Source of the DNA: Nitrospirota bacterium
GTDB taxonomy: Bacteria; Nitrospirota; Nitrospiria; Nitrospirales; Nitrospiraceae
Reading direction: 5' to 3'
Length of the DNA: 64,000 bases
Assembly (NCBI GenBank): GCA_963701855.1
Contig: CAVPBK010000006.1
Coordinates: 224,001-288,000 of the forward strand
Within the stretch, counting starts at the first letter, position 1; every line of letters starts with the position of its first letter. The translations under genes and the position numbers were made by a program. This document shows positions 11,045-23,252 of the stretch, piece after piece. The notes under the pieces were generated by a model that was given only the letters and a program-made list of their open reading frames with translations, made no database searches and had not been told where the DNA came from.

Positions 11045-11805
11045 TATCGAACCGCTACTCCTTTCTGTCGAAGATAGGCTTTCGCCTCCTGAATCGTGTG
11101 CGTCCTGAAATGAAAAATAGACGCGGCTAATACCGCATCGGCCTTGCCCCTGATGAATCCATCGTAGAGGTGGTCTAAATTCCCCACACCGCCCGATGCT
11201 ATCACCGGAATCGACACAGCCTCAGACACAGCAGCTGTCAACGCGAGGTCGTATCCTCGCTGTTGTCCATCTTGATCCATACTCGTGAGCAAAATCTCAC
11301 CTGCCCCATACTGCACCATTTTCTTTGCCCATTCGACGGCGTCGAAACCGGTCGACTTGCGGCCACCATGGGTAAACACTTCCCACCCTGTCGCCGGTGC
11401 AGCGCGACGCTTGGCGTCGATCGCCACAACGATACATTGCGTCCCGAATCGCTCGGCCGCTTCTTTCACAAATTCAGGCCGTTGGACCGCTGCCGTATTG
11501 ATGCTCACCTTATCCGCGCCTGCATTCAACAGCGCCCGGATGTCCTCGAGCGTTCTCACTCCCCCGCCGACGGTCAGCGGCATGAACACTCGCGCCGCCG
11601 TTTGCTCGACCACGTCGATAATGGTCTTACGGTTCTCATGAGAGGCAGTGATGTCCAGGAAACAGAGTTCATCGGCTCCTTCATGATCGTAGGCTGTGGC
11701 CACTTCGACCGGATCTCCCGCATCGCGCAAATTCACAAAGCTCACGCCTTTGACGACGCGACCATCTTTGACATCGAGGCAGGGAATAATGCGTTTGGTC
11801 AACAT
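11044..11805 (-). CDS. hisF: Imidazole glycerol phosphate synthase cyclase subunit
   Basis: [36 protein letters not shown]. Confidence 0.97.
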   Translation of the reverse strand: MLTKRIIPCLDVKDGRVVKGVSFVNLRDAGDPVEVATAYDHEGADELCFLDITASHENRKTIIDVVEQTAARVFMPLTVGGGVRTLEDIRALLNAGADKVSINTAAVQRPEFVKEAAERFGTQCIVVAIDAKRRAAPATGWEVFTHGGRKSTGFDAVEWAKKMVQYGAGEILLTSMDQDGQQRGYDLALTAAVSEAVSIPVIASGGVGNLDHLYDGFIRGKADAVLAASIFHFRTHTIQEAKAYLRQKGVAVR

Positions 11806-11809
11806 GAGA

Positions 11810-11843
11810 ACACGTGAAGCCTGAAACGTGAAACGTGAAACGA
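11810..11843. repeat. Short tandem heptamer repeat (TGAAACG)n between hisA and hisF
   Basis: cacgtgaagcctgaaacgtgaaacgtgaaacg; related units at about 55633 and 55678. Confidence 0.6.
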
Positions 11844-11863
11844 ACATGTCAGCAAAGAATTCA

Positions 11864-12589
11864 TCACGCCCCACGGAGAGCTGCGACGGCGGCCCGAAAG
11901 TCGAGTTTCCCGTCGTACAATGCTTTCCCCACAATCGCGCCTTCAACTCTTAGACCAAGAGCCTGCACAGCCCGCAGATCCTCAACCAGGGAAATACCTC
12001 CGGAGGCGATCACAGGGAAGGGCGACAACTCAACTACCTCCTGCAATGCCGCCAAATTCGGCCCGCCCAACATACCATCGCGGGCAATGTCCGTATAGAT
12101 CACGGCACCCAAGGCATACCCTGCCAACTCCTTGAGCAGGTCTGTTGCCTTCGTCTCCGATACCGCCGTCCACCCCTTGACCGCCACCTTCCCATCCCGC
12201 GCATCCAGTCCCAACAGAACCCGGCGAGGGAACTCCCGACAGGCCTTCTCCAAGAAAGACCGATCGGTCAAGGCCGCAGTGCCGAGCACCACCCTGGTCA
12301 CACCCGCCCCAAGATAGCGCCGCACTGTCTCAATCGATCGGATCCCTCCCCCGACCTGTATATTTAGGCTCACGGTGCGAATGATTGCTTCAATTTGGGA
12401 AAGATTACGCGGCTCCCCCTCCACAGCTCCATTCAGATCCACCACATGGATCAATGTCGCACCGCCTTGTTGCCATTGCCGCGCGACAGCCGGCACGTCA
12501 TCGGAATAGACCGTTTCAGCCGCCATGTCGCCCTGACGCAGCCGCACACAACGGCCATCCTTTAAATCAATAGCAGGAATAACGAGCAT
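11864..12589 (-). CDS. hisA: ProFAR isomerase
   Basis: [33 protein letters not shown]. Confidence 0.97.
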   Translation of the reverse strand: MLVIPAIDLKDGRCVRLRQGDMAAETVYSDDVPAVARQWQQGGATLIHVVDLNGAVEGEPRNLSQIEAIIRTVSLNIQVGGGIRSIETVRRYLGAGVTRVVLGTAALTDRSFLEKACREFPRRVLLGLDARDGKVAVKGWTAVSETKATDLLKELAGYALGAVIYTDIARDGMLGGPNLAALQEVVELSPFPVIASGGISLVEDLRAVQALGLRVEGAIVGKALYDGKLDFRAAVAALRGA

Positions 12590-12607
12590 ACAAAGAACCG
12601 CTTCCTC

Positions 12608-13360
12608 TCAGTGCTCTCCGACCGTTCCAAACGGAAACTCGTGTAGCATATGTTCAACTCCATACGCGGCCAGCTCTTCCGCCGTAACAAACATACCCCT
12701 GCGTTGGATAAATCCCATCACGTCTTCGTTCATCGGCCGCTGCTTCTCATAGTAATTCCCTTCCCACAGGACTTTCCCGTCAGCCGCGACCACCTTGGCT
12801 TCAAACCCCACCGTGGCCGGTGGGCTGGCGCCAAAGCGACCACCGACTCGCTCCTGATACACCAACACTTGGCCGATCAGCGAAGCATCCGCTTTGAGTT
12901 GCTTTGCCATCGTCACCGCTGGTGACTGACCGACGGAAGGCTGCGACGCCGCCTGAGACGTAAGCGCTTTCGCTGCCTCACTCGGCGAAAGTACGGTCAC
13001 GCCCTGCCGCGCTTGTAACCGGCTCCACAGTAGCTGCGTGACGATGTCTCCAGCGCCAGTCGGCACTGTGACTGTTTGGCTGAGAGGCCGTTCGATATTC
13101 AGCGGCACCGCCCTCCCAATATCAGACCTGAGAACGTCGGGCGGCACGGAGAAGGTCTGATCGGCGACGTCCCTCGCCTGTGGCGTCGCGAGAGTCGTAA
13201 ACGGTACCAAGGCGATGGTATGAATCTGATAGCGTGGCAATTCTGCGGACAATTTTGTGGTCACTTTCGACCCGCTGCACCCGGCAATCATCAGTACGAG
13301 AACCGCCAGCGCGAACGCGCGAAGCATTAGGCGCAGGGAGACGGTTCGCTTGTTTAGCAT
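12608..13360 (-). CDS. Hypothetical lipoprotein within the his cluster
   Basis: Hydrophobic signal with lipobox IAGC; co-oriented between hisH and hisA. Confidence 0.7.
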   Translation of the reverse strand: MLNKRTVSLRLMLRAFALAVLVLMIAGCSGSKVTTKLSAELPRYQIHTIALVPFTTLATPQARDVADQTFSVPPDVLRSDIGRAVPLNIERPLSQTVTVPTGAGDIVTQLLWSRLQARQGVTVLSPSEAAKALTSQAASQPSVGQSPAVTMAKQLKADASLIGQVLVYQERVGGRFGASPPATVGFEAKVVAADGKVLWEGNYYEKQRPMNEDVMGFIQRRGMFVTAEELAAYGVEHMLHEFPFGTVGEH

Positions 13361-13397
13361 TCTCACCAGTTCACCCCTCAGGCCTCACCCCCGACAT

Positions 13398-14009
13398 CTA
13401 TGCGTGCCAGGATCCAAAATTTTTGATCAACTGTAGCCCTACAGCCTGACTCTTTTCAGGATGGAACTGACAGGCCACCACATTGTCACGCCAGATGCTC
13501 GAGACAAACGGGATACCGTATGTGGTAGTCGTCGCTGCGATTTGCCGGTCGACCGGGTCGACAAAATACGAATGCACAAAATACCAATGGTCTCCGTCCA
13601 CAATCCCATCAAACAACGGACAAGGCCGCTGAATGTTGACCTGATTCCAGCCCATGTGAGGAACTTTCAGTGTAGGATCGATCTCAAACCGCCTGACCCT
13701 GCCAGATATGATGCCGAGACCCTTGTGAGTCCCGAATTCTTCGCTTTCCTCAAACAGCAATTGGAGTCCCAAGCAGATTCCCAGAAATGGTTTTCCCGAC
13801 TGAATCGCTGTACGAATCGGCTCCGCCAACCCATAACGCTCGACGTTGGCCATGCAATCGCCGAACGCCCCGACACCAGGCAAGACGACATGACTCGCAT
13901 TCCCGATCACGCGCAGATCACGCGTGACCACCGCCTGATGCCCCACCGCCTCAAAGGCCTTGGAGACACTGCGGAGATTGCCCATGCCGTAGTCGATGAT
14001 CGCGATCAT
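13398..14009 (-). CDS. hisH: Imidazole glycerol phosphate synthase glutamine amidotransferase subunit
   Basis: IIDYGMGNL, LPGVG, GICLG, PHMGWN, QFHPEKS. Confidence 0.97.
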   Translation of the reverse strand: MIAIIDYGMGNLRSVSKAFEAVGHQAVVTRDLRVIGNASHVVLPGVGAFGDCMANVERYGLAEPIRTAIQSGKPFLGICLGLQLLFEESEEFGTHKGLGIISGRVRRFEIDPTLKVPHMGWNQVNIQRPCPLFDGIVDGDHWYFVHSYFVDPVDRQIAATTTTYGIPFVSSIWRDNVVACQFHPEKSQAVGLQLIKNFGSWHA

Positions 14010-14237
14010 GCAAGCCTGCCAAATCTCAGGAAGGTGTAACAATACCGCAACCAGCGCCGTCCTGCCACTGCCAAACTGACCAGAAAAAATGTGGAGGCTT
14101 AAAACTTAGACTAATGAAGCCTACGCCTGTTCAGCCACAATGGGGAACGAGCAGGCAAACGAGGAAGGTCTCAGCTATTACCACAAAACCAAACCAATAC
14201 CTTGCGCTACTCACGGAGCTATTGCTGGTGGCTCCAG

Positions 14238-15207
14238 TTATTCAACCCACTTTGGCTTTCGTTCTCGCTTTCCGAAAACCATCTCAAAGACAACAGACTC
14301 ATCTTCTCCTGCACCAATTCTGTCGAAACGTATGGTTGGCGACAACTCGGCGTGTTCACGTATAAGTCGTTCCTGTCCTTCCTTTTGCGCAAAGATGGCC
14401 TGAGACCCGAAACGACAGACTTGCCGATTAATCATCTCGACTAAACCCGTATCCGACAAATCTGCTATTCCCAGTCCCTCTGACACAAACCGATCCCGCC
14501 ACGACGAGTGCCCATAGATAATGAGTGACGGACTAACCGGAAAGAGCAAGACAACCGGTCCATCAGGCCGAAAAACATATGGCCGCAGATCAGCATCCTG
14601 AACAGAAGGGTCGAACCAGATTACCGGATTATCACTGGTCAAAAACGGAACATCGGTCTTGTTATGCGTCGCATAAAAACCAATCTGATCGAACACCTGG
14701 CCAGTGGCTTGCATCACGGTAACCATAGACGTGAATGGATTGGTGGGGATTGATCGACACTTCAACATGGTCAAGAATATCTTCTAAGCCCTCAGGCTTC
14801 GGGGCTAGTTTCCCTTCCACATCCAACCGCCGAGCCGCAGCCATTACACCTTCTGCATGTATCCTCTCTGTTATATCGCGACTGGCTGGGACGCGCGCCC
14901 TCTGCAACGCCATGAATTGAAAGATCTCTTCCAGAGAATTATTGACATTCTCTAAGCGATGAAGTCGCTCGACGATCCCCGGCCACTTATCTTCCATACT
15001 TGAAAAGCAATCCTCGAGAGCATTGTGGTCTTTCCCACCATCAGGTCTCGGCTGAGAGTAGTAGTACTTGTGAAAGCCTACGTTGTCCGGCGACATCTGG
15101 ATTTCTTTGCCCGGATCATCCTTACGATAGACACGTACTTGCCCTGCCTCGTCACAGAAGAATTTCAGATAGGATTTCGGGATGTAATGATGACGTTTCT
15201 TGTTCAT
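14238..15207 (-). pseudogene. DUF4238-like protein, frameshifted near 14730
   Basis: N-terminal HHYIP..YL motif; the FLTSDNPV motif is in a second frame; removing one base near CACGTCTATG joins the frames. Confidence 0.72.
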
Positions 15208-15265
15208 GGCAGCAGAATACGTTTCAACTCTGCAATCGAAAAAATTCCCGCGTTGCCGATGGAAT

Positions 15266-15302
15266 ACAAAGGGCAGGCTCCTTCTCAGAAACCTGCCCCT
15301 TT
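15266..15302. terminator. Probable bidirectional intrinsic terminator downstream of hisB
   Basis: AAA-GGGCAGG-loop-CCTGCCC-CTTT hairpin. Confidence 0.55.
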
Positions 15303-15333
15303 AGACCAACACATTTTGATAATCCTCTTCGAA

Positions 15334-15942
15334 CTACAACATCCCCTTCGTCGATAGCACCTTACCAGCCAGCCGCCCTTCCAACATCGTCGCCTGATCG
15401 AGGGCCTTGGCCAGCGCCTTGAAGATGGCCTCCATGATGTGGTGCGGGTTGCGGCCATACATGAGGTTCACATGAAGATTGAGCCCGCCGTGGGTGACGA
15501 AGGCCTGGAAGAAATCCTCGAACAGGCCTAGGTCGAATGCTTTAATCTTCCGATCCGGCAACAATACGTTGTAGACGAGATAGGGTCTGCCGCTGAGATC
15601 GACTGTGACTTGCGCCAGCGTTTCATCAAGCGGTGCCGAGGCGAATCCAAATCGCTTGATCCCGGCCTTTTCGCCCAATGCCTGATGCAGAGCCTTGCCC
15701 ATGACGATGCCGACATCTTCGACCGTGTGGTGCTCGTCAATGTCGATGTCGCCTTTGGCCTGGACGGTCAGGTCGAAGAAGCCGTGCTTAGACAGCAGCT
15801 CCAGCATGTGGTCGAAGAAGCGAATTCCTGTATCGATCTTTCCCTGGCCGCTGCCGTCCAGCGTCCATTCGACATGGATATCCGTTTCCTTCGTGGCACG
15901 ATGAATCGATGCCTGTCGTGATGCCGATCCGTTTTTCTTCAT
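15334..15942 (-). CDS. hisB: Imidazoleglycerol-phosphate dehydratase
   Basis: [26 protein letters not shown]. Confidence 0.97.
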   Translation of the reverse strand: MKKNGSASRQASIHRATKETDIHVEWTLDGSGQGKIDTGIRFFDHMLELLSKHGFFDLTVQAKGDIDIDEHHTVEDVGIVMGKALHQALGEKAGIKRFGFASAPLDETLAQVTVDLSGRPYLVYNVLLPDRKIKAFDLGLFEDFFQAFVTHGGLNLHVNLMYGRNPHHIMEAIFKALAKALDQATMLEGRLAGKVLSTKGML

Positions 15943-17222
15943 GAGAACCTGCTCTGGGCCGACTTGGCATGCGCGTCGAACCCTTCGATGTGAGCCAACC
16001 GAACGAGATGATCTTTGACCTTGCTCAATTCCTCACGCGTATAGTGCACGATGTTGCTCACCTTGATGTAATCGTGGACGGAGAGTGCCGAAAAAAAACG
16101 CGCCGTCCCGCCGGTCGGCAAGACATGATTCGGGCCGGCAATGTAATCCGCAACCGATGGTGGAGTGTACCGGCCCAAAAAGAGCGCCCCCGCGTGCCGG
16201 ATTTTTTCTAAATAGTCGAACGGCTCATCGACCGAGAGGGTCAAATGTTCCGGGGCAATCTCGTTGGCCACATCAATGGCTTCGTCCATCGTAGTGACCA
16301 CGAAAGCCACCGAATGGCGCGCGATGGACTTTGCTGCAATCTTTTCCCGTTGGAGCCCCTTCAACTGGCTATCGATGAGCCTCACCACGTGCTTTGCTAA
16401 CTGGGCCGAGGTTGTGACGAGATAGACCTGCGCGTCTTCGTCATGCTCCGCTTCGCAGAGAAGATCGGCTGCGACATGCGCCGGCTTGGCATCGCCATCT
16501 GCGACGATGAGCAATTCGCTTGGACCTGCCACCATGTCGATCCCAACCGTGCCGTAGAGAAGTCGCTTGGCCGTCGCAACATATATATTGCCGGGACCCA
16601 CAATTTTGTCGACACGTTGGATCGTCTGGGTCCCATAGGCCATCGCTCCAATCGCTTGCACGCCCCCGACGCGATAGATCTCCGTAACGCCGGAGATATC
16701 AGCTGCGACCAATAAATAGGGATTGATTGGGCCTTTTTGTGGTGGTGTACACATCACCACACGGGAAACACCCGCAACCTTGGCCGGAATCGCACACATC
16801 AAGACCGACGAGGGATAGACGGCCTTACCGCCCGGCACATACACCCCGACTGCATCGACCGGCGTGACTACCTGCCCCAGCGTCGCCTCGTTGTCCTGAT
16901 ACATCCAAGTCTTGATGCGCTGGCGTTCATGGAACGACGTGATCCGCTTGGCCGCAAACCGGAGTGCGTCGCCCTCGTCTTTCCGGATATGGAAGTAGGC
17001 CTCTTTGATTTCTTCAGGGGAGACACGCAGCCCCGTATCTTTCATGGAGACACGGTCAAACTGTTTGGTATAGCGGAGGACGGCCTTATCGCCCCCCCGT
17101 TCCACAGCTTGCAAAATCGACTTGACGGTCTTCTCGACAGCCGCCCCCTGCACACGGGCGCGCGACGCCACTTTCTTGAGTGCAGGGAGGAAGGCTCGTT
17201 CGGTGGAGGCCACAATCTTCAT
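15939..17222 (-). CDS. hisD: Histidinol dehydrogenase
   Basis: [39 protein letters not shown]. Confidence 0.97.
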   Translation of the reverse strand: MKIVASTERAFLPALKKVASRARVQGAAVEKTVKSILQAVERGGDKAVLRYTKQFDRVSMKDTGLRVSPEEIKEAYFHIRKDEGDALRFAAKRITSFHERQRIKTWMYQDNEATLGQVVTPVDAVGVYVPGGKAVYPSSVLMCAIPAKVAGVSRVVMCTPPQKGPINPYLLVAADISGVTEIYRVGGVQAIGAMAYGTQTIQRVDKIVGPGNIYVATAKRLLYGTVGIDMVAGPSELLIVADGDAKPAHVAADLLCEAEHDEDAQVYLVTTSAQLAKHVVRLIDSQLKGLQREKIAAKSIARHSVAFVVTTMDEAIDVANEIAPEHLTLSVDEPFDYLEKIRHAGALFLGRYTPPSVADYIAGPNHVLPTGGTARFFSALSVHDYIKVSNIVHYTREELSKVKDHLVRLAHIEGFDAHAKSAQSRFS

Positions 17223-17923
17223 GTGCGCGTCCTTCTAACCGTTCGACGTACCCCACGCGACGACTTGCATGGCGCAGCTGTTCGAAACCCGGCTGATGTG
17301 CTGCTCACAGCCCTGAGCTTTTTAATCAGCTCTGTGACCACCGCATGCTTCAGCTTCAGACTCGCTCGATTGACGACCAACCGAGCCGTGGACTGCGCGA
17401 TGCACTCCACTTCGACAAGGTCATGCGCCTTGAGCGTGTTGCCTGTCTCGACCAGATCGACGATCCGATCGGCCAGGCCAACCAACGGCGCCAGTTCAAT
17501 CGAACCGTACAATTTGACGATTTCGACCGACACACCGCGCTGATTGAAATACCGCTCGGTGATCTTCGGATACTTGGTCGCCACCCGAATTTTCGAGGAC
17601 AGCCGGTCGCGTGAGGCCTGCCCCTTGAGTGCAGCGACGGCGATTCTACACGCTCCTATTCCTAAATCCAATGGCTCGTAAACGTCACTGTCCTGCTCCA
17701 TCAAAACGTCTTTCCCAACAATTCCGACATCCGCCGCGCCATATTCCACATAGGTCGGCACATCGGTCGGTCGCACGATCAGGAAAGTCATGCCGATCTC
17801 TGGACAGGGGAACACCAGCCGGCGACTCTCGGTGGAGAGGCTGCCCAGTGCATATCCCGCTCGACGAAAGACGTCCAGCGTGAGATCCAACATTTTCCCC
17901 TTCGACAAGGCAATCGTCAGCAT
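17219..17923 (-). CDS. hisG: ATP phosphoribosyltransferase, short form (HisZ-dependent)
   Basis: IALSKG, DVPTYV, ATKYP, GSIELAP, DLVETG; no C-terminal regulatory domain. Confidence 0.95.
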   Translation of the reverse strand: MLTIALSKGKMLDLTLDVFRRAGYALGSLSTESRRLVFPCPEIGMTFLIVRPTDVPTYVEYGAADVGIVGKDVLMEQDSDVYEPLDLGIGACRIAVAALKGQASRDRLSSKIRVATKYPKITERYFNQRGVSVEIVKLYGSIELAPLVGLADRIVDLVETGNTLKAHDLVEVECIAQSTARLVVNRASLKLKHAVVTELIKKLRAVSSTSAGFRTAAPCKSSRGVRRTVRRTRT

Positions 17924-17927
17924 GATG

Positions 17928-19205
17928 TCAGCAAGTCTCGTCCGGCGCCGCTCCCTCTTTGTGGCGGGTGATCGTCGCACCTAACCCATGCAGTTTTTCT
18001 TCCATCCGCTCATAGCCACGATCTAGATGGTAAACGCGGAGAATCTCCGTCGTGCCATCGGCCGCAAGCCCAGCCAATACCAACCCTGCGCTCGCACGAA
18101 GATCAGACGCCATCACCGGAGCCCCGGCCAACCTGGTCGGTCCAGTCACCACCGCCCGATTGCCTTCAACCTTGATCTCGGCGCCCATCCTTCGCAGCTC
18201 CTCGACATGCATGAAGCGGCTTTCAAAGACCGTCTCCGTAATCACACTCATACCTTCGGCGGCTGTCATCAAGGCCACCATCTGCGCCTGCATGTCGGTG
18301 GGGAACCCGGGATAGGGCAACGTCCGGATGTCGATCCCCTTGAGCCGCGATGCCGCGTTAAGATGAATCCGTTCCTTCTCCACCTGCATCTCGACACCGG
18401 TTTCCCGCAGCTTCAGCAGCAAGGCGTCCAAGTGATGCGGACGGCACCGATTGAGCGTTACCGCTCCCCGAGTAATGGCCCCAGCCACCAAATACGTGCC
18501 GGCTTCAATGCGATCGGGAATAACGTCATGATCACTCCCGTGCAACTCACGAACACCTTCGATCGTGATAACATCCGACCCAGCACCGTCGATGCGAGCC
18601 CCTCGCTTCATGAGAAAATTTGCGAGGTCCACGATCTCCGGTTCCTTCGCGGCATTTTCTATAACTGTGGTCCCTTGGGCAAGCGACGCAGCCATCATCA
18701 AATTTTCCGTTCCGGTGACCGTCGGCGTGTCGCAATAGATCTGTGCGCCTGTCAGCCGCTTCGCTTTAGCCCGAATATACCCATGTTCAATTGAAACTTC
18801 CGCACCCATTTTGGCTAGTCCTGCAAGGTGGAGATTGACGGGCCGCGACCCGATCGCGCAGCCGCCGGGCATCGACACCGTGGCTTCTCCCCATCGTGCC
18901 AGCAGCGGTCCCAGCACCAGTACAGAGGCTCGCATGGTCTTCACAAGATCGTACGGAGCCTGGGTCGAAGTGATCACCGCAGCGTTGATGACTGCGCGAT
19001 TTCCCTCATATTGAACCTTGGCGCCCAATATGCCCAACAACTTGCCCATGGTGACGACATCCACCACGCGAGGCACGTTGGTGATCACGCACTCGCCACC
19101 ACCGAGAATGGTGGAGGCCAAAATCGGCAACGCAGCGTTCTTCGCCCCACTGATCTGAACCTCTCCTCGAAGCGGCGTCCCACCGGTGATGACTGTACGA
19201 TCCAT
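17928..19205 (-). CDS. murA: UDP-N-acetylglucosamine 1-carboxyvinyltransferase
   Basis: [38 protein letters not shown]. Confidence 0.98.
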   Translation of the reverse strand: MDRTVITGGTPLRGEVQISGAKNAALPILASTILGGGECVITNVPRVVDVVTMGKLLGILGAKVQYEGNRAVINAAVITSTQAPYDLVKTMRASVLVLGPLLARWGEATVSMPGGCAIGSRPVNLHLAGLAKMGAEVSIEHGYIRAKAKRLTGAQIYCDTPTVTGTENLMMAASLAQGTTVIENAAKEPEIVDLANFLMKRGARIDGAGSDVITIEGVRELHGSDHDVIPDRIEAGTYLVAGAITRGAVTLNRCRPHHLDALLLKLRETGVEMQVEKERIHLNAASRLKGIDIRTLPYPGFPTDMQAQMVALMTAAEGMSVITETVFESRFMHVEELRRMGAEIKVEGNRAVVTGPTRLAGAPVMASDLRASAGLVLAGLAADGTTEILRVYHLDRGYERMEEKLHGLGATITRHKEGAAPDETC

Positions 19206-19214
19206 CGTCTGCCC

Positions 19215-20120
19215 CTACCTGCCTGCTCGCTCGACAATCACCACACGCTCAAGCCCCGCTTCGTCGTAAACCAGCCGGTGGAATCTATACCCTGGTATCT
19301 GCTCGACAATCCGGCGCATCGCACGAGACTGCCCGGCACCGATTTCCATAATCAATGCGCCTGAGGGAGAGAGGTATCGATCGGCCTCCCGCAGCAACCG
19401 TTCGTGCAACTCTGTCCCCTGAGGCCCCGCTACCAGCGCACCACGCGGTTCAAATAATCGCACTTCCGGCTGAAGTGTCGCCCAATCATCCTCCGCAATA
19501 TAGGGGGGATTCGAGACAATGACGTCAATCCGCCCTTCCAGCCCCTTCTCGGCTAATGGCCTCAGCAGGTCGCCTTCCAACCATGTGATGCGCTCGCATA
19601 CCTCATGGCGCGTGGCATTCTGCCTAGCGACAGCAAGAGAGGGATTTGATAGATCGGTTGCGATCACTTTCGCACGAGGCCTCAGCCGCGCAATCGTCAC
19701 GGCAATGCACCCGGACCCCGTGCAGACATCGACGATGGTGGCCTGCCGCTCGGCGGAAGTCCGCTGTGCGACATACTCCACCAGCAATTCGGTCTCCGGC
19801 CTCGGGATAAGCACTGCCGGATTCACGTGAAACTCCAACCCACAAAACTCCTGGGTTCCCAAAATATATTGCAAGGGTTCACGACCAACCCGCCGCTCAA
19901 GCAGCCCTCTCGTGGCCATGAGTTCGGTAACAGACAGTACATGGTCTCGCTTGGTAAGCACATGATGTACAGGAAGCCGGAGCACATGCTCCACGATCCA
20001 CAACGCTTCCTGCTCTGCTCTCTCGATACCAGCCTGCTCCAATAGCCGTCGCGCCTCGGCTATTACCTCACCGAACGTCGCCTGGCCCGTTGACTGCGAA
20101 ATGGGGACAATCACATCCAT
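19215..20120 (-). CDS. prmC: Release factor glutamine methyltransferase
   Basis: EPLQYILG, LIPRPETE, DVCTGSG, SNPPYI; follows prfA. Confidence 0.96.
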   Translation of the reverse strand: MDVIVPISQSTGQATFGEVIAEARRLLEQAGIERAEQEALWIVEHVLRLPVHHVLTKRDHVLSVTELMATRGLLERRVGREPLQYILGTQEFCGLEFHVNPAVLIPRPETELLVEYVAQRTSAERQATIVDVCTGSGCIAVTIARLRPRAKVIATDLSNPSLAVARQNATRHEVCERITWLEGDLLRPLAEKGLEGRIDVIVSNPPYIAEDDWATLQPEVRLFEPRGALVAGPQGTELHERLLREADRYLSPSGALIMEIGAGQSRAMRRIVEQIPGYRFHRLVYDEAGLERVVIVERAGR

Positions 20121-20121
20121 G

Positions 20122-21198
20122 TTACGCCGCACCCACTTCTTGCTGATGTTGCGCCTTCAAGGCCTGAACGAGTTCACCGAGATCGCCCTCGAGCACCTGC
20201 TCCAACTTATGCAAGGTCACACCGACACGATGATCCGTTACACGATTTTGGGGGAAATTGTAGGTGCGAATTTTCTCGCTTCGCTCGCCCGTACCCACCT
20301 GAGCCTTGCGATTCTGGGCGATTTCCGCTTCCTGTCTCTCCCGCTCCGCCTCGACGATTCTGGCCCGCAAGGTCCGCATTGCCTTGTTGCGATTCTTCAG
20401 CTGCGACCGTTCATCCTGGCAACTCACTACAACACCGGTCGGGACATGGGTGATCCGCACCGCTGACTTTGTTGTATTGACGCTCTGGCCTCCGGCGCCG
20501 GATGAGCAGAAGGTGTCGATCCGGAGATCCATGGGATCGATATGCACATCGACCTCGTCCACCTCAGGCATAACGGCGACGGTGACGGTCGAGGTATGAA
20601 TCCGGCCACTGGCCTCAGTGACGGGAACACGCTGAACTCGGTGGACCCCCGCCTCGAATTTGAAATGGCTATAGGCGCCCTTGCCTTCTATCAATGCAAC
20701 GACCCCCTTGTAGCCTCCGCCTGTGGTTTCTGCGGCTTCGACCATATCCACCTTGAATCCTTTGACCTCGGCATACTTGCTGTACATGCGGAACAATTCT
20801 CCGGCAAAAAGCGCTGCCTCGTCGCCGCCGGTCCCGGCGCGGATTTCAAGGAGCAGACTCTTCTCATCTCGCGGGTCTTTGGGAATAAGCAGCTCTTGGG
20901 CCTGCTGTTCGATCTCGTGCTGCTGATGTTCGAGCGTGGCACTTTCTTCCGTCGCCATCTTGTGCAATTCAACCCCGGCTGTGGGATCGGCAAGAATTTG
21001 CGCAGCTTCCTCTAGCTGTCTTGCATTGGCTCGATAAGTGGCGAGAAGCTTGGCCACCGGCTCGATATCCGTTCGCTCCTTATTCACCTTGTGCAACTGC
21101 GAAGGCTGACTCATCATGGACGGGTCCATAAGCTGATTCGTCAACTCATCGTATCGAGTGGCCAGCACTTCCCATTTTTTCAGTAAGACTGCTTCCAT
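20122..21198 (-). CDS. prfA: Peptide chain release factor 1
   Basis: EIRAGTGG, PVT specificity motif, GGQ, IRTYNFPQ. Confidence 0.98.
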   Translation of the reverse strand: MEAVLLKKWEVLATRYDELTNQLMDPSMMSQPSQLHKVNKERTDIEPVAKLLATYRANARQLEEAAQILADPTAGVELHKMATEESATLEHQQHEIEQQAQELLIPKDPRDEKSLLLEIRAGTGGDEAALFAGELFRMYSKYAEVKGFKVDMVEAAETTGGGYKGVVALIEGKGAYSHFKFEAGVHRVQRVPVTEASGRIHTSTVTVAVMPEVDEVDVHIDPMDLRIDTFCSSGAGGQSVNTTKSAVRITHVPTGVVVSCQDERSQLKNRNKAMRTLRARIVEAERERQEAEIAQNRKAQVGTGERSEKIRTYNFPQNRVTDHRVGVTLHKLEQVLEGDLGELVQALKAQHQQEVGAA

Positions 21199-21237
21199 GG
21201 CTCCGTTTCCCGCCGATTCGCGCTCAATCCCTTGCGC

Positions 21238-21281
21238 ACAAAAACAAAGAGACCCTGCCCCTCAGCGAAGCAGGGTCCCTC
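21238..21281 (-). terminator. Intrinsic terminator after rpmE
   Basis: Minus strand GACCCTGC-loop-GCAGGGTC followed by TCTTTGTTTTT. Confidence 0.65.
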
Positions 21282-21299
21282 GTATGGCCTCTACTCGAT

Positions 21300-21506
21300 C
21301 TACTTGTCTTTCTTCGCGTACTTCTTTTTGAATCGTTCAACACGCCCTTCGGTATCAATGATCTTCTGCGTCCCCGTGAAAAACGGATGGCAGTTTGAAC
21401 AGATATCGACATTGATATCGCCACCCGTCGATCGAGTCTTATATTTGTTGCCGCAGGCGCAATGCACTGCAACTTCCCGATACACGGGATGAATACCCTT
21501 CTTCAT
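21300..21506 (-). CDS. rpmE: 50S ribosomal protein L31, zinc-binding type
   Basis: MKKGIHP, CAC...[16 protein letters not shown]. Confidence 0.97.
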   Translation of the reverse strand: MKKGIHPVYREVAVHCACGNKYKTRSTGGDINVDICSNCHPFFTGTQKIIDTEGRVERFKKKYAKKDK

Positions 21507-21603
21507 AATTCACACTCCCCCGACATCATAGTCATCATCAACCTTCTCCCATTCGAAGGCCCGTCACTGTACCCTGTCTCAACGACCAGATACAAGCCGG
21601 ATA

Positions 21604-22851
21604 TTATCGATTCATCGACTGTAGGAACTCCTGATTGGTCTTAGTGCCATGCAGCTTATCCATCAGAAACTCCATGGCTTCCATCGTCCCAAGCGGACTC
21701 AGCACCTTGCGTAGGATCCACATCTTATTGAGACGATCCTTATCAACCAACAATTCTTCTTTTCTCGTGCCGGACTGGGCAATATCGATGGCCGGGAAGA
21801 GCCGCTTGTCGGCCAGACGGCGATCGAGATGGACTTCCATGTTGCCGGTCCCTTTGAACTCCTCAAAAATCACATCGTCCATCCGGCTGCCGGTATCGAC
21901 TAGCGCGGTCGCCATGATGGTGAGACTCCCGCCGTTTTCGATGTTACGGGCCGCTCCAAAGAACCGCTTCGGACGTTGGAGCGCGTTTGAGTCCAGTCCC
22001 CCCGACAACACCTTGCCACTTGGCGGCGCAATGGTGTTGTACGCGCGAGCCAGACGAGTAATGCTATCCAGCAGCACCACGACATCTTTTTTATGCTCGA
22101 CCAGCCGCTTGGCCTTTTCAAGCACCATTTCAGCCACTTGGGCATGGCGTTGGGCCGGTTCATCGAACGTGGAGCTGATGACTTCGGCCTTCACCTGCCG
22201 CTGCCAGTCGGTAACTTCTTCCGGCCGCTCGTCGATAAGCAACACGATCAAGGTCACTTCTTTGTGGTTTTTAAGAATCGCCCGGGCGATGGCTTGCAGC
22301 AACATCGTTTTCCCGGTTCGGGGAGCCGCGACAATCAACCCACGCTGGCCTTTGCCGATCGGGGTCGTGAGATCCATCACACGGGTGCAATATTCCTCAC
22401 GGTCGAACTCGAGGACCAAACGCTCTTCCGGATAGAGTGGTGTCAGGTTATCGAAGAGAATCTTGTCACGAGACACTTCGGGATCTTCGTAATTGACCTT
22501 CTCGACCTTGAGCAATGCAAAATACCGCTCACTCTCTTTCGGCGGACGGATCTGCCCGGACACAATATCGCCGGTGCGCAGATTGAAACGCCGGATTTGA
22601 GAGGGCGAGATGTAGATGTCGTCGGGACCAGGGAGATAGTTCGAATCGGGAGCGCGCAGAAATCCGAACCCATCAGGGAGTGTTTCGAGCACGCCTTCGC
22701 CGAAGACCACGCCGTTGTTTGCGGTCTGCGCCTGCAGAATCGCAAAAATCAACTCCTGCTTCCGCAGATTGGGTGCGCCATCGATCTTCAGATCGCGCGC
22801 AACCTCATTAAGATCGGCGATCGACTTCTGCTTTAGCTCCGCGAGATGCAT
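21604..22851 (-). CDS. rho: Transcription termination factor Rho
   Basis: [15 protein letters not shown], Walker [29 protein letters not shown]. Confidence 0.98.
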   Translation of the reverse strand: MHLAELKQKSIADLNEVARDLKIDGAPNLRKQELIFAILQAQTANNGVVFGEGVLETLPDGFGFLRAPDSNYLPGPDDIYISPSQIRRFNLRTGDIVSGQIRPPKESERYFALLKVEKVNYEDPEVSRDKILFDNLTPLYPEERLVLEFDREEYCTRVMDLTTPIGKGQRGLIVAAPRTGKTMLLQAIARAILKNHKEVTLIVLLIDERPEEVTDWQRQVKAEVISSTFDEPAQRHAQVAEMVLEKAKRLVEHKKDVVVLLDSITRLARAYNTIAPPSGKVLSGGLDSNALQRPKRFFGAARNIENGGSLTIMATALVDTGSRMDDVIFEEFKGTGNMEVHLDRRLADKRLFPAIDIAQSGTRKEELLVDKDRLNKMWILRKVLSPLGTMEAMEFLMDKLHGTKTNQEFLQSMNR

Positions 22852-23223
22852 AACCTCCCCCTTCGTTTGTGTCATGAATATCCTCTCAAGCCTCCGGCTG
22901 CATTAGTTATCGGCAGCGATCGCACATGGTGAACCATGGGAAATTGTCCACGGACTGAATAGTAGCGTAGCCTAATGATAGTGCGTTGATGATTGTGTCG
23001 TGTATATCAGCTAAAAGAGAGTGACCCTGTGAGGGACTGACCTGTCTTCGCTTGTCGCTATCAAGGGACGACTCTGTCTCATGGTTGCGGATAATGTTGC
23101 AGGCTGGAACTCATGCCGAGCTGACTCGCCTCTGTTCCCTGAGCAATTATGACTTGTATCGAGATGCGCCCAGGAAGTCTTGTGTGTGGAGATAACTTCG
23201 AACCGAGCTGAGATAGTAAGAGA

Positions 23224-23252
23224 ATAATAACGTGAGCATGGTTCCTTGTCAA
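23224..23252 (-). promoter_or_regulatory. Sigma70 promoter of rho
   Basis: TTGACA-17 nt-TATTAT on the minus strand, about 365 nt upstream of the rho start. Confidence 0.65.
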
